NCBI GenBank assembly: GCA_000934665.2
Contig: JYFJ02003970.1
Span: forward strand, 1-36,079
Source: Catajapyx aquilonaris
Lineage: Eukaryota
Length of the DNA stretch: 36,079 bases
Direction: 5' to 3'
This document shows positions 1-10,269 of the stretch, in pieces. The notes under the pieces were generated by a model. That model made no database searches, was not told where the DNA came from, and was given only the letters and a program-made list of their open reading frames with translations. The position numbers and the translations under genes were made by a program. Within the stretch, counting starts at the first letter, position 1; the number at the start of each line of letters is the position of its first letter.

Positions 1-228
1 AAGTTAGCCCAAAACTACTTCCACATCCCTATATTAGTTTTGCGAGTCCTATCAGGCTACCTGGCGACTTTCCGCGAGTTTTTGAGCACCCTGTATAGCG
101 CCCGGGTGGACTTTGTCCGCGCAGTGACTCATCACCAACGTGTACTTTCTCCCTATAAGCAGGGAAGTTGTAGTGTGCAAAATGAGAACCCATGCGCCAT
201 CTGGTTGAGGCATACAGTACTACCATGG

Positions 229-559
229 AAGAGGCGCAAACTTCTGTCGGCGCCTTTGATGTTCGCGTCTCTCTGTTTGGGGCCGTTGCCAAGGCTGGCG
301 GGCATTTTGAAGTGTGGGCAACGCCAACGAGGTATAAATATAGGGTACAGGCAAAAAATAGGGTTCGCCATCTTTGATGGTTATTTTGGCGGCCATGGCA
401 ACTACACGGCAAGAACACGCGCGAATCAAAGATGGCGGACCCTATTTTTGCCTGTACCCTATTTATGGCTCGTTGGCGTTGCCTACACTTCAAAATGGCC
501 GCCAGCCTTGGCAACGGCCCCAAACAGAGAGACGCGGAAATCGAATGTTTGCGCCTCTT
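229..559. mobile_element. Palindromic MITE-like foldback element
   Basis: 264-378 and 425-536 are about 113-bp inverted arms with few mismatches and a spacer of about 46 bp; outer inverted 13-mer AAGAGGCGCAAAC (229) / GTTTGCGCCTCTT (547). Confidence 0.75.
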
Positions 560-1080
560 ACGTAGCATATGCTCCCTGGTACTACGTCCAAATGCAATTT
601 TTTTCACTTCAAGTTTGTCTATAGAGAGAAAATACTTTGTGCACTTCATTGCTTGGTAGTTCCTCATCATCACACATACGCTGCACATATTTTCCAAACG
701 GCATTACTTTTCATACCTTGCATCCATATAGGCACAAAGTGTCATTGCATAACGACAGCATAAAGAGTGGCCGTAACAGGCTCTTTTAACGAGCCCGAAA
801 AAAAAATGGAGTTCTGTACCCGCACAGTTATCATAACTGCCAATATAAAAACTGCTTACGCACGACGCCTATTGCCAATTGAAGCTTTCAATATCCCGGA
901 ATTGCCCCCCCCCCCCCCCTACCCATCGGTTTTATCAGCTCACAATACAGCTGGGTGATGCCAAAGTCTATAAGTCTCTCTGCTGAAGCTTTTTCATGTG
1001 TGCCACACGCATCATTAAAATAGATTAAATGAAAACACGTACAAAAAAAAATGCACAGCAGAATAAGCAGGAAGAGCTGC

Positions 1081-1164
1081 GAATTGTTCACTCTATAAGT
1101 CTATAGCAACCGGTTTGAAATATATATAAAGCAACCAGTCAGGGATTGCTGGAGTGAACAATTC
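1081..1164. repeat. Short inverted repeat
   Basis: GAATTGTTCACTC at 1081 and its reverse complement GAGTGAACAATTC at 1152. Confidence 0.6.
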
Positions 1165-2254
1165 GGCAACTTCCATTTCGACACCGTTATCAGTGCGTCA
1201 CTCTACTTAAACATTGAAATATGTAGTTTCAATAAACACTGTATACACATCCGGTTAAGTGCCCGGTAACGAGATAAATAATTTAGAGAATTACTTAGAA
1301 CCATCAACTAGTTCAAAGAGACGCTGCAATCATACTGTACAAGCGAATTTGCAGTTTCTTCAATTTAAACTTGTTGCTGGGCTCAACAACGCGGAACAAT
1401 AGCGGAACCGCTATGTACACAAATAATAATTAAAAAATCGGTTGTGCACTTTTGTATTTCTCTTATGGGCCCGCGCGTGTAGAGACAGAAAGTGCTCGTA
1501 TAGGTGCAGTAAGTTCCCGTTAGTCTGTGACCTCCATTGCACTGGCCACATTCCCCCTCAACTTATAATAATTGCTACGAAAAATTCGACCCAACTCTTT
1601 GAAAGGAGGATTCGCTATACACGCCAAATAAAGCGAGCAGCAAAACTGTTTCAAGTAAGAAGGCCTTCCACTATAATAGCAGACGTATAAAGAGATGAAC
1701 CGTAACATCATTTCCCAAGAGTGGAAATTTGATTTATTTCAACCAGCCAAAGCAATAAGTCAATCAATCAACCAAAACCAATCAAGTTATCTCATTCCCC
1801 CCCCCCCCCATAAAAGCAATGAATCGATAGCAACGCAGACAGGAGAAAATCCAGATTAATTGCAAGCATCATGCGACACAACACCTGTGCCATGATTTGG
1901 CACATCCGATGCTACATTATTAATTTCTGAACATTGAAAGAAAAAAAAGAAGCTTCGATCCTCCTTCCACACTAACCGAACTACTTTGTATATTCGTGTA
2001 CACACACATACCCCCCAAAAAAAAGTTGCACAGCCACAAACAAAAGGCCCGTTACAAGTACGTGACTTCCACGAACCGTATAGTTGGAAGAGACTTGAAA
2101 GGAAGGCACCGAAAGCCTGCGAAGAAGAAAAAAAAATGTAGGTGATGTGTGTATGTGTTCGTCATACCCACACGTACACAGTCCTAATTAAAGAGATGCT
2201 GCCACAATTGTTCATTCCAGCAGCCAGATATCAACACATGCACCTGACTATTTA

Positions 2255-2358
2255 TTATTTCCAACCGGTTAGCAAACGATTCTTTATTTCCAACTGGTTA
2301 ACCGTTGGAAATAAAGAATATTGTTTGAACAATATAACCGGTTGGAAATAAAGAAATG
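2255..2358. repeat. Nested inverted repeat (TATTTCCAAC...GTTGGAAATAAAGAA units)
   Basis: Two forward copies of TATTTCCAAC(C/T)GGTTA are followed by two reverse-complement copies. Confidence 0.75.
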
Positions 2359-3706
2359 TTTCAACAATTCCTCTATAATATTTTGGATGGGCAAACATGA
2401 AATGATTTTGTCTGAAGAGCACCATTTTTTTTTGAAATATTATGCAGTATATTTATTCTGGTTGTTCCACTCTCGCCTGTGGATTGAGTGCTTGCCCCCT
2501 CTCTTTCCTTCTACCATTTGATCCACGTCCACTCTTCTTCTTCTTCTGGCTGGGTTTCACCCTTTATACGAGGGCGAAATCCACCCTTTCACTCACTTTC
2601 TCTCCGGAATAATAAACCCATTTAAGGGCAGGGATCCCGGATCCATCATCCGAGTCTTATTACTAGGGTCCAACCTCTCCCAAGTATAAATAATAATATT
2701 TTTTATATACTTAAAAAAAAGAAGAAAAAAGAGCGAGTGAAACCCACTGTAATGCACCGCAGACAACAGACATTCCAAGGTTCGAATCCGCAGCACTTGA
2801 TACACACAGAGAGCAAAAGTTGTGCGAAAATATTTTCGCGATGGAATTCGTACGAGCATCAGGCGGTGCCAGGATTTCGCAACAGGTTTATCAGCACTGT
2901 AACAATGGTCGCGAATCTCTGATACTTCCCACCAAGAGTGTACGCAAAAGGCAGCACTACGGAATATACTATAATAATAATAATATAGACCAAGCGAACC
3001 CATAATTGGACAAAACCTATAATAGTTAATGAGATGGCCCGCCGATTTACCACGTAGTACTAATCTTCGCTCATAGATGGCGCACACTCCCTCTGCACAC
3101 TCCTGCCACATCCAGGTCGTGGCGCACTCATAAAATTCATCTAGAGTGGCATATGGTCCAAGCGGGCCAGGCAGTGTTGCCATATTTGTGTCAACGGATC
3201 ACTACTATTAGTTATTCTAGCTCGTCGTGTCCCATCCAGATCATTTCAGAAGCATTTTGTCGCTATAAGCCTCCACTTTGAGTGCCAGTTAAGGATATCG
3301 TTAGCACCTTCTGGCGTTTTTAAGAGCCCTATATATTTATTGAAGGAAAAAAAAACTACTCTTCCGGGTCTTTCCCTGCTCGACAAGTGCTTCCTAATGC
3401 CCCCTCCCCCCCCCCAAAAAAAAACAATCCCCCGTTACTCTCTGGCCCACCCCCACCTTCCATTCTACGCTTCCCACTCATTTTCCAGGTCGTCGTCAAT
3501 GAATTCGGATCGATCTTCCAGAGAGCCATGACGTCAAAACCTATATCGGCCTTATCCCCCCCCTCCTCCCGGGCCATTCCTCCCCCCCCCTCAGTCCCCC
3601 CCCCCTCCACAATTTGCGATAAAACGTATGAATGTACGAATTGTGTTTCGTCTCACAGGAATTTCTCACACGTGTTGGAGACTCGCATAAGCTGTTACGG
3701 ATAGTA

Positions 3707-4256
3707 CAGGGTGCTACCAGAGTTTTGCACCCAACTGGGCGAAATATTCGGATGCAAAAATGGCACTCCCAAAATATCTTTTCTGCACTCCAAATTGACG
3801 CTTGCAAAGCTGATCCTGATTTTTAAAAAATATATATATTTAAAAAAGTGGCTAAACCCAATAATTAAAAATTGAGCACTCCATTTTGCGCCTGAACAAA
3901 GAAAAAATTAAAATATTCGACCCATTAGCTTAAGTTGGGTTAACACTTTCGCAATGTTAAGTTGTGACAGGTGTCTAACTAAACAGCTTATTTTCACCGG
4001 CTACTTTCTAATGGTTACTTTTAGTAGGTCGCAAAATATTAACGTCCAATATTAGTTTTACAAAGTAGACTTTCATCGGTTGGGTTATACAAGTTACGAA
4101 ACACTTTCGCGACGTTAAGGTGTCGAACTCATCAGCCTTATATATATTTTCATCAGCTGCTCTCTAACAGTTACTTTTAGTATGTCATAATATTAGTGTC
4201 AGTACTGAATACTTGTCGAGGTCTTTGTTAGCTCGTGTTCTTCCTGACTCACCCTG
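3707..4256. mobile_element. Possible non-autonomous Tc1/mariner-like element
   Basis: TA|CAGGGTG at 3705-3713 and CACCCTG at 4250-4256 (followed by TG, not TA); internal degenerate duplication near 3941 and 4099. The same end motif occurs at 87-95 and 7739-7747. Confidence 0.5.
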
Positions 4257-5144
4257 TGAGATAACGAAAAGGGTAAGGTGGGCAGGAAATTATGGCTGGG
4301 CAATAACAGGGCAATAACGTTCAATGCACCCCCTCCTGCACCTCCATCAGACTCTCTTTTTGTTGGTAATGAGTCCCATGGGAGGAGGGGGGGGGGGCTA
4401 TAAGGTCATAAGCGAGACAACAGCAATATCTCATCAGGAAATGGCCGGTCTCCCGTCGAGGTGGTGGAAACCCCCCCTTTTATTTCCAGGCCTGTGTATA
4501 TATAACGCGTCAAAAAGACTATAGTACGGAGAGTCTGACGTCAATCGCACCCGGTGGTCCAAAAATTACCGGAACCCGATTCCTTGGAAAAATGGACAAA
4601 AATTCCGTCAACATCGTTACATCACGATAATAAAATCATTGACCGAATGGCCCTGTAACTACTGCGTGGTTGTAATAGTCAGAATCGAAGTGTATACCAC
4701 GTGTCCACTTGTTGCGTCGAATCCGCTTCAAGCCGCGCACTTTCCGCGCAGCTTTGTCGCTCAATAAACTACCCCAACCATTAAACAAATTGCGCCCATT
4801 TACTGCACTTTTTAAAGTAGTAATAACAAGAATGGGCAAATCACGCGTGAGCTCGATTCGAGTACACTTTTTCTCATTGGGCAGTGGGAAATGAGGCTGA
4901 CAAACCCCCGATACGATGCGATGCGATTCTAATCGGATAAACAATGACATTGATTGTTGTCAGTCTCATTTCCCGTTGGTATGGAATCCAATTTATATGG
5001 TAACCTACGTACAGATTTAATATTGGCGGATAAAGTGAACCTGGTTAGCCGGAAGTGGCCGGTCACCGGAAGTTGATCATGTAACCTATTTAGGGCCAGC
5101 TGAATCCGAACCCGAAAACCGCCTGTCGCTACCTGGCCGCTATT

Positions 5145-5203
5145 GCTACCTACCTATTGCCCACCTATTGCCTACCTATTACCTACCTATTGCCTACCTA
5201 TTG
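5145..5203. repeat. 11-bp minisatellite (CCTATTGCCTA)n
   Basis: About 5 near-identical tandem copies are directly visible. Confidence 0.85.
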
Positions 5204-5868
5204 CGGTTTAGGGCCTGTTCATAGACGGACGGACCTATTTAAGACCTTTTTCCCGATGAGAAAACGTCTAAAAATGAAGCACCAAGCGGCCATGACGGTT
5301 CAGGGCACACTTAGGGGGCGACGCGCATGCGCAGTGTGGTGGTGACGCTATTTTCAGATCTCCCAGTGTTGCCAGATCTTACCTTCTGTATGATGTAGCA
5401 TCTGGGACTATAAGCGGTGCAGACGTATGTCCCGTTGGAGTCCAGACAGGCTGTTAGGGTGTCCGCAACCAGCCCGGGGCCGCCCTGGGGCAGTCCGCTC
5501 CTGGCCCGGGCCTTCAGGGGCATGGTTCAGCGAGCAGAGATGTCCCTCACGGGATGCGCTCCAGTGCGGCCCACTGCGGCAGACCGCAACAGCGTCTCCT
5601 GGAAGATTAATAATATTCTAGATAATTTTTATGACAGGTGTCACGGCAGCATTATGCCGGGGACAATCTATATATTGTTCAGTTAAATGTAAATAAACCA
5701 GTTGTTCTGTGCCAGTCGAACTGTGTAGAAGTGTCTGTGGGGCCCTGGGGCCCTGCCAACTGTTCCCTTCCCCTGCTCGTAGAGGTTACATTACAACCAC
5801 ATAACCATCAGCATGAAGAAGAAGAAAATCAGAAAATTCTCCCGGAATATTTCGATATTATCGCAATG

Positions 5869-5982
5869 TGCAGATACGACCCTTTTCCGTAGGACATGCA
5901 GATGCGACCTTTTTCCGTCGAACGTACATACGGGATTTTTTTCCCATATGGCTGTGCAGATGTGTCTTTTTCCGTACGACAC
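5869..5982. repeat. Degenerate tandem repeat of about 28 bp, 4 copies
   Basis: TGCAGAT(A/G)CGACC...TTTTCCGT units near 5869, 5897, 5925 and 5955. Confidence 0.7.
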
Positions 5983-7240
5983 TTGTTTGTCCCTTTGTCT
6001 AACATATTGTCCACCATAGTACCGGTAATTCATACTCTGAGTCGCAAAACCTGAGACGGAAACCACCTATAGCTAATGTATAGGCACAGAGAGATGCATT
6101 ACCGGAAGCTGGGTAATGCAGGCCTCACGACATAATATTACTATGCGTGTGGTTATGGCTATTTTGCTGTATATAAAAATGTACAACAAGCTCCCCGGTC
6201 CGCATTATATTCCCCCGAGTTTATCATGGCCCACTTCCGCCGGATGATATAGTATGTGCACTGTATTCTTGCAGATGACCACAAACCCAATGTACTGTTT
6301 ATAGGAAGAGTATAAATTGGGGAGGGGGAAAAAAATTAATTGAGATGATTAGGACCAAGCATGGCTCTTTTGTCAATTGATTAACTAGCTTCATTCACAC
6401 CAAATCATTAACGGGAATGTATGTAGGGTTATGAACCTGAATATCTCCGCTTACATTTCCTCTGATATGTTATTTACGAGATATTTAGTGCAAGGTCGTG
6501 CAAATCGATATACATTTTAAAATAAACGAGCGCAAACGATTGCGCACTCACACTCGCGCAGCTCCATTGTAAATGCCAACCGTGCATGCTGCGCGAATTA
6601 TGCTGCGCACTCGGTTGCGCCCGTTAAAAAATTCACGCAATTACCTGTTGGCACAAAATGGCAGAGAAAATGTCACCGCCTTGAACTGTCCGAGTCTGGC
6701 CCCACAAAACTGGTTCCTATTTGTCACTGAATTATTATTAACATTATATTCAGTGAGAATCGCCATACTCGTGTGACCATGTGACGGGTCAGTCATCTCA
6801 TTTAGCTAGTCATATACACACACGACAGGATCTCTGAATGAATGGGATGGATGGGCTAGGTTCAATGATGATGACGTGCCAACATGCAGAGGGAATCAGT
6901 CATGTCGGACGTGATTGCGCTGGTAAAATTAGACCCAACTGTGGGAAACCACAGGCGTGTACTTGTGTTTTTATTTTAAAGAAATTTCGTCGCGTACAAA
7001 TTAAAAATAAACGTGAGAAAATTTCGCAAACTGAATATAAGACGTATATCAAAAAATGCGAGTCGACAAGACATCAAACGAAATGTTTACACACGAAAAC
7101 AGATACCAATTATAATAATTTTGGCAACAATTTTAACAAGTTTGATTTAGTTAAAAATTATATACACGATGTCATTTTGTAACACCGAACTTGTTAAAAA
7201 TGCACGAGGATGAGTTGGCAGGGTGACAGTCTCTAGAATA

Positions 7241-7540
7241 AAATTATAAATTTTAAATAATACAATTTGAAAGGTGGACAAATTAGCCAAAGATTTTTCA
7301 TCCAAAAACGGTGGATGCTTCAAAAATTTGCCAGCATTTAAAACCCAGATTAATCATGAAACGTGCAGGAAGTTAGTCTCTGCGGAATTATAAATTTCAA
7401 ATCATTTTAATTTTGAATAGCATAATCTTTAAAGCGAGTAAATAAGTTGAGCCAATAATTTTTGATCCAAAAAAGGAGCCCACGAATGCTTCATAAAATT
7501 TGCCAACATTAAAAACCCGCGGATTAATCGTGAAACGTGC
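7241..7540. repeat. Degenerate tandem duplication
   Basis: AGCCAA...ATCCAAAAA...ATGCTTCA..AAATTTGCCA.CATT.AAAACCC..GATTAATC.TGAAACGTGC occurs twice, ending near 7366 and 7540. Confidence 0.75.
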
Positions 7541-8949
7541 TTATCTTAAAACACAGAGTCCAAACCTTCCCAGGGGGTTTTTATTGTGCGAATTTTTTTT
7601 ATAAAAAAAATCCAACACGAGTTTCCTCCCTAATAATCCGTGTTAAGCATGCCTGGTAGGTCATACGTCAATCCAATTGCGTCATAGCCCCCCCACTTCT
7701 TTTCCGTCCCCTCCACCCCCGCGGCCACCCCCTGTAAATACAGGGTGTATAAAAGTTTTGGACAACATGGCTTCAGACTATTTCGAGAGGTGCAGACCCC
7801 CTCAGTAATTAAATGGTGTAATGCAGGATCCTAATTACACCTGTGGGGACGACGATCGAAGCTTTCCTTCGTAATTTTGTGTGGGAGACCAACCGACCTG
7901 GATTATATATTCAACTCAAAAGGGGTTCGAGTCCGCGCAGAAATTTAGGCTAATTTGCACTCACGGATGTTGTGAATCCGGTTAAAAACATAAACACGTA
8001 CATTGAATTATTAAATCAATCCGGATTTGTCTCCAGCAGGCGGAATCCCCAGTATTCCTGGAACCCGATTGCATCCAGCAGGATTTTTCCAAAAAACCTC
8101 GGCGAGGACTAGTGGTACTACATGCACCTAGGTGGTGAGTCAACACGTGCCTAGCCAATTCTACATACTAATGAGTCAAAAATTGGCAACACTGTCCATA
8201 CTGTCCATGTAGTTCCTTACTTAAATCATAGATGGAGCATCCTCCCTCTACGCACGCTACTGCCACTCTCAGAGTCGGTGGAGAGCTAGTGGTACGACAT
8301 GCACCTTGCTGATGACCTTCCCAGAAGTACCTGTCATGCAACATACACCCTACTGACCCACCCCCCATGGAGTGTCCGACACTGTATAAAACTTCATGCC
8401 CTTGTAGCCCACAACCAGCTTCGAGTTACGTCAATGAGGAACCTACCAGCGTAACTGCAATTGGATGGGGGGGATGGGGGGAGGGAAACACCGTTGGAAT
8501 AGCTCGGCACGTGTGAGAGATCTCTAGGTCTGTAGTGGTAATTGTCATGGTGTTAGACAAAAGGGGGGTGGGGGGGCGAAAGTAGGCTTACTGTACTTGT
8601 GTGTGTGTGAGTGTGTGTACGTAAACTTCCAACAAGCAATCAGCAGAAGGCATAGGAGAGCAAGAGGGGGGAAAAAAAGAGAGATTTGGTGCGAGACCCC
8701 CCTTGAGCGAAAGGCAACCAACCACCGGTTGCACTTTCTATGTGCGAAAAAGTGAAGCTTCTTCTCCCGGCCAGCCCAGCAGGAATGCGCGACACTTCAA
8801 ATTGCAATAGTATTAATGACCAGATGTGCAGAAAGTGTGCGAGCAATATACACACTGTCGTTTGAGTGTAGAAATCTTGCCCAGATTATAACCAACATCA
8901 CCGTTTACATCGATGTCGAGCTAGTTTTCACCTCCTGCGCTGGTTTTTC

Positions 8950-9400
8950 GATTGCGCATGCGCATTTCCGGACGCTCCACCCATTTGGAATCAGTGCGCA
9001 TGCGCAGTTCCGGTGGCGCCGCCCTATTGGAAAATGTGCGCATGTGCTAGTCTGGCGGCTACGCCCATTTGGAGCCAATGCTCATGCGCGGTTCTGGCTG
9101 ATCCACCCATTTGAAGGCAGTGCACATGCGTAGTTCTGGTGTCCCCGCCCATTTCGAGACAATGCTCATGCGCAGGCCACCATATGGGCGGAGCATCCAT
9201 AACCGACCTAGGCTGCTCAAATCCAGCCAATGACACATCTGTTGATCACGTGTCCAGGTCGGCCCTGATTGGCTGCTACCAAGAGCGGACCCGAGTGATT
9301 GGCTGTGGTCAACACGGGTGCCTACCCACCTGTCCCAGCGTCGTGGCAGGAGTTACGACGGCGTGTCGTAAACCAATGACGTGCAGCCGCCATAAAATGC
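8950..9400. promoter_or_regulatory. Array of about 42-bp units with NRF-1/Ewg, ETS and Sp/KLF-like motifs, followed by CCAAT, E-box and YY1-like sites
   Basis: TGC(G/T/A)CATG(C/T)G at about 8953, 8995, 9036, 9079, 9121, 9162; ATTGG/CCAAT at 9227, 9268, 9298, 9373; CACGTG at 9247; GCCGCCAT at 9386. Confidence 0.55.
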
Positions 9401-9686
9401 TCCCCCGAAGGGAAAGGGGGAAGCCTCTCGTAGTACATGTTGCAATTACCGGCACGAAAAGACGTGCAATATACGTTAATGGCAACAAGCAAAAGCGCAA
9501 AAAAAAGAAAACATCACTAAAAATCACCGCCGAATCCGTGACGTAACTACCAACCACTAAAATAATAATTCCCGTCACACTTCCGGGGGGAGTTAGATTC
9601 GCCAATATTTCTGAAATAATTATTATTGAAGTGACGACGAGGGGTTTACCCTAGCTACTGGTGTGATTCTCAGAATATTTATTTAC

Positions 9687-9983
9687 ATTTATTCATTTAA
9701 CATGATTCACTTATTGATATTTATTCATTTAACATTATTCACTTGTTGATATTTATTCATTGAACATTATTCACTTATTGATATTTATTCATTTAACATT
9801 ATTCACTTATTGATATTTATTCATTGAACATTATTTACTTATTGATATTTATTCATTTAACATTATTCACTTATTGATATTTATTCATTGAACATTATTC
9901 ACTTATTGATATTTATTCATTGAACATTATTCACTTACTGATATTTATTAACATTACTTACTTAATTTATTGATATTATTTAT
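9687..9983. repeat. 32-bp AT-rich minisatellite, about 9 copies, continuing degenerately at 10270-10390
   Basis: Unit ATTTATTCATT(T/G)AACATTATTCACTTATTGAT repeated in tandem. Confidence 0.95.
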
Positions 9984-10269
9984 AATAATAATATCTTACC
10001 CCGTTATCAGCCTTTTTCGGCTCTTTAGGGGGGATTTTTGTTTTGTCTGGAACTCTTGCGTACAATTTTTACTTTGCTTTTTGGGATAGGATAGGGAAGG
10101 AAGGAGGTGGCTGTGGCCTATTAATTTAGGAAACAACTCCGGAATTCTCCTGGAGGGACCGTGGGAAACCACAGAAAACCACGGTTAGAGTTGCCGGCCC
10201 CGGGGCTCGAACCCAGGACCTCCCGATTAGCAGTCGGACCCTATAGCCACTCCACCAAACTGCTTCGGT
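9984..10269 (-). mobile_element. tRNA-derived SINE
   Basis: - strand head with A-box TGGTGGAGTGG (10257-10247) and B-box GGTTCGAGCC (10213-10204), a tRNA-unrelated body and a (TTA)n-like tail; flanking direct repeat ATTGATATTATTTAT at 9969-9983 and 10270-10284. Confidence 0.85.

Noticed and set aside
29..697. Overlapping 222-aa and 194-aa ORFs on opposite strands
   Set aside because: They span the palindromic element, which explains their mutual similarity; no recognisable domain.
2533..2600. Possible RTE-type LINE 3' end ((GAA)n tail on the - strand)
   Set aside because: Too short, and no reverse-transcriptase sequence was recognised.
2593..3183. 196-aa ORF as a real gene
   Set aside because: It crosses simple repeats (poly-Tyr from AAT, poly-Phe/Leu from A-tracts) and has no recognisable domain; only its repeat-family part is reported as a finding.
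10195..10269. tRNA gene
   Set aside because: A and B boxes are present, but they are attached to a SINE body, tail and flanking duplication, and I could not form a proper cloverleaf.
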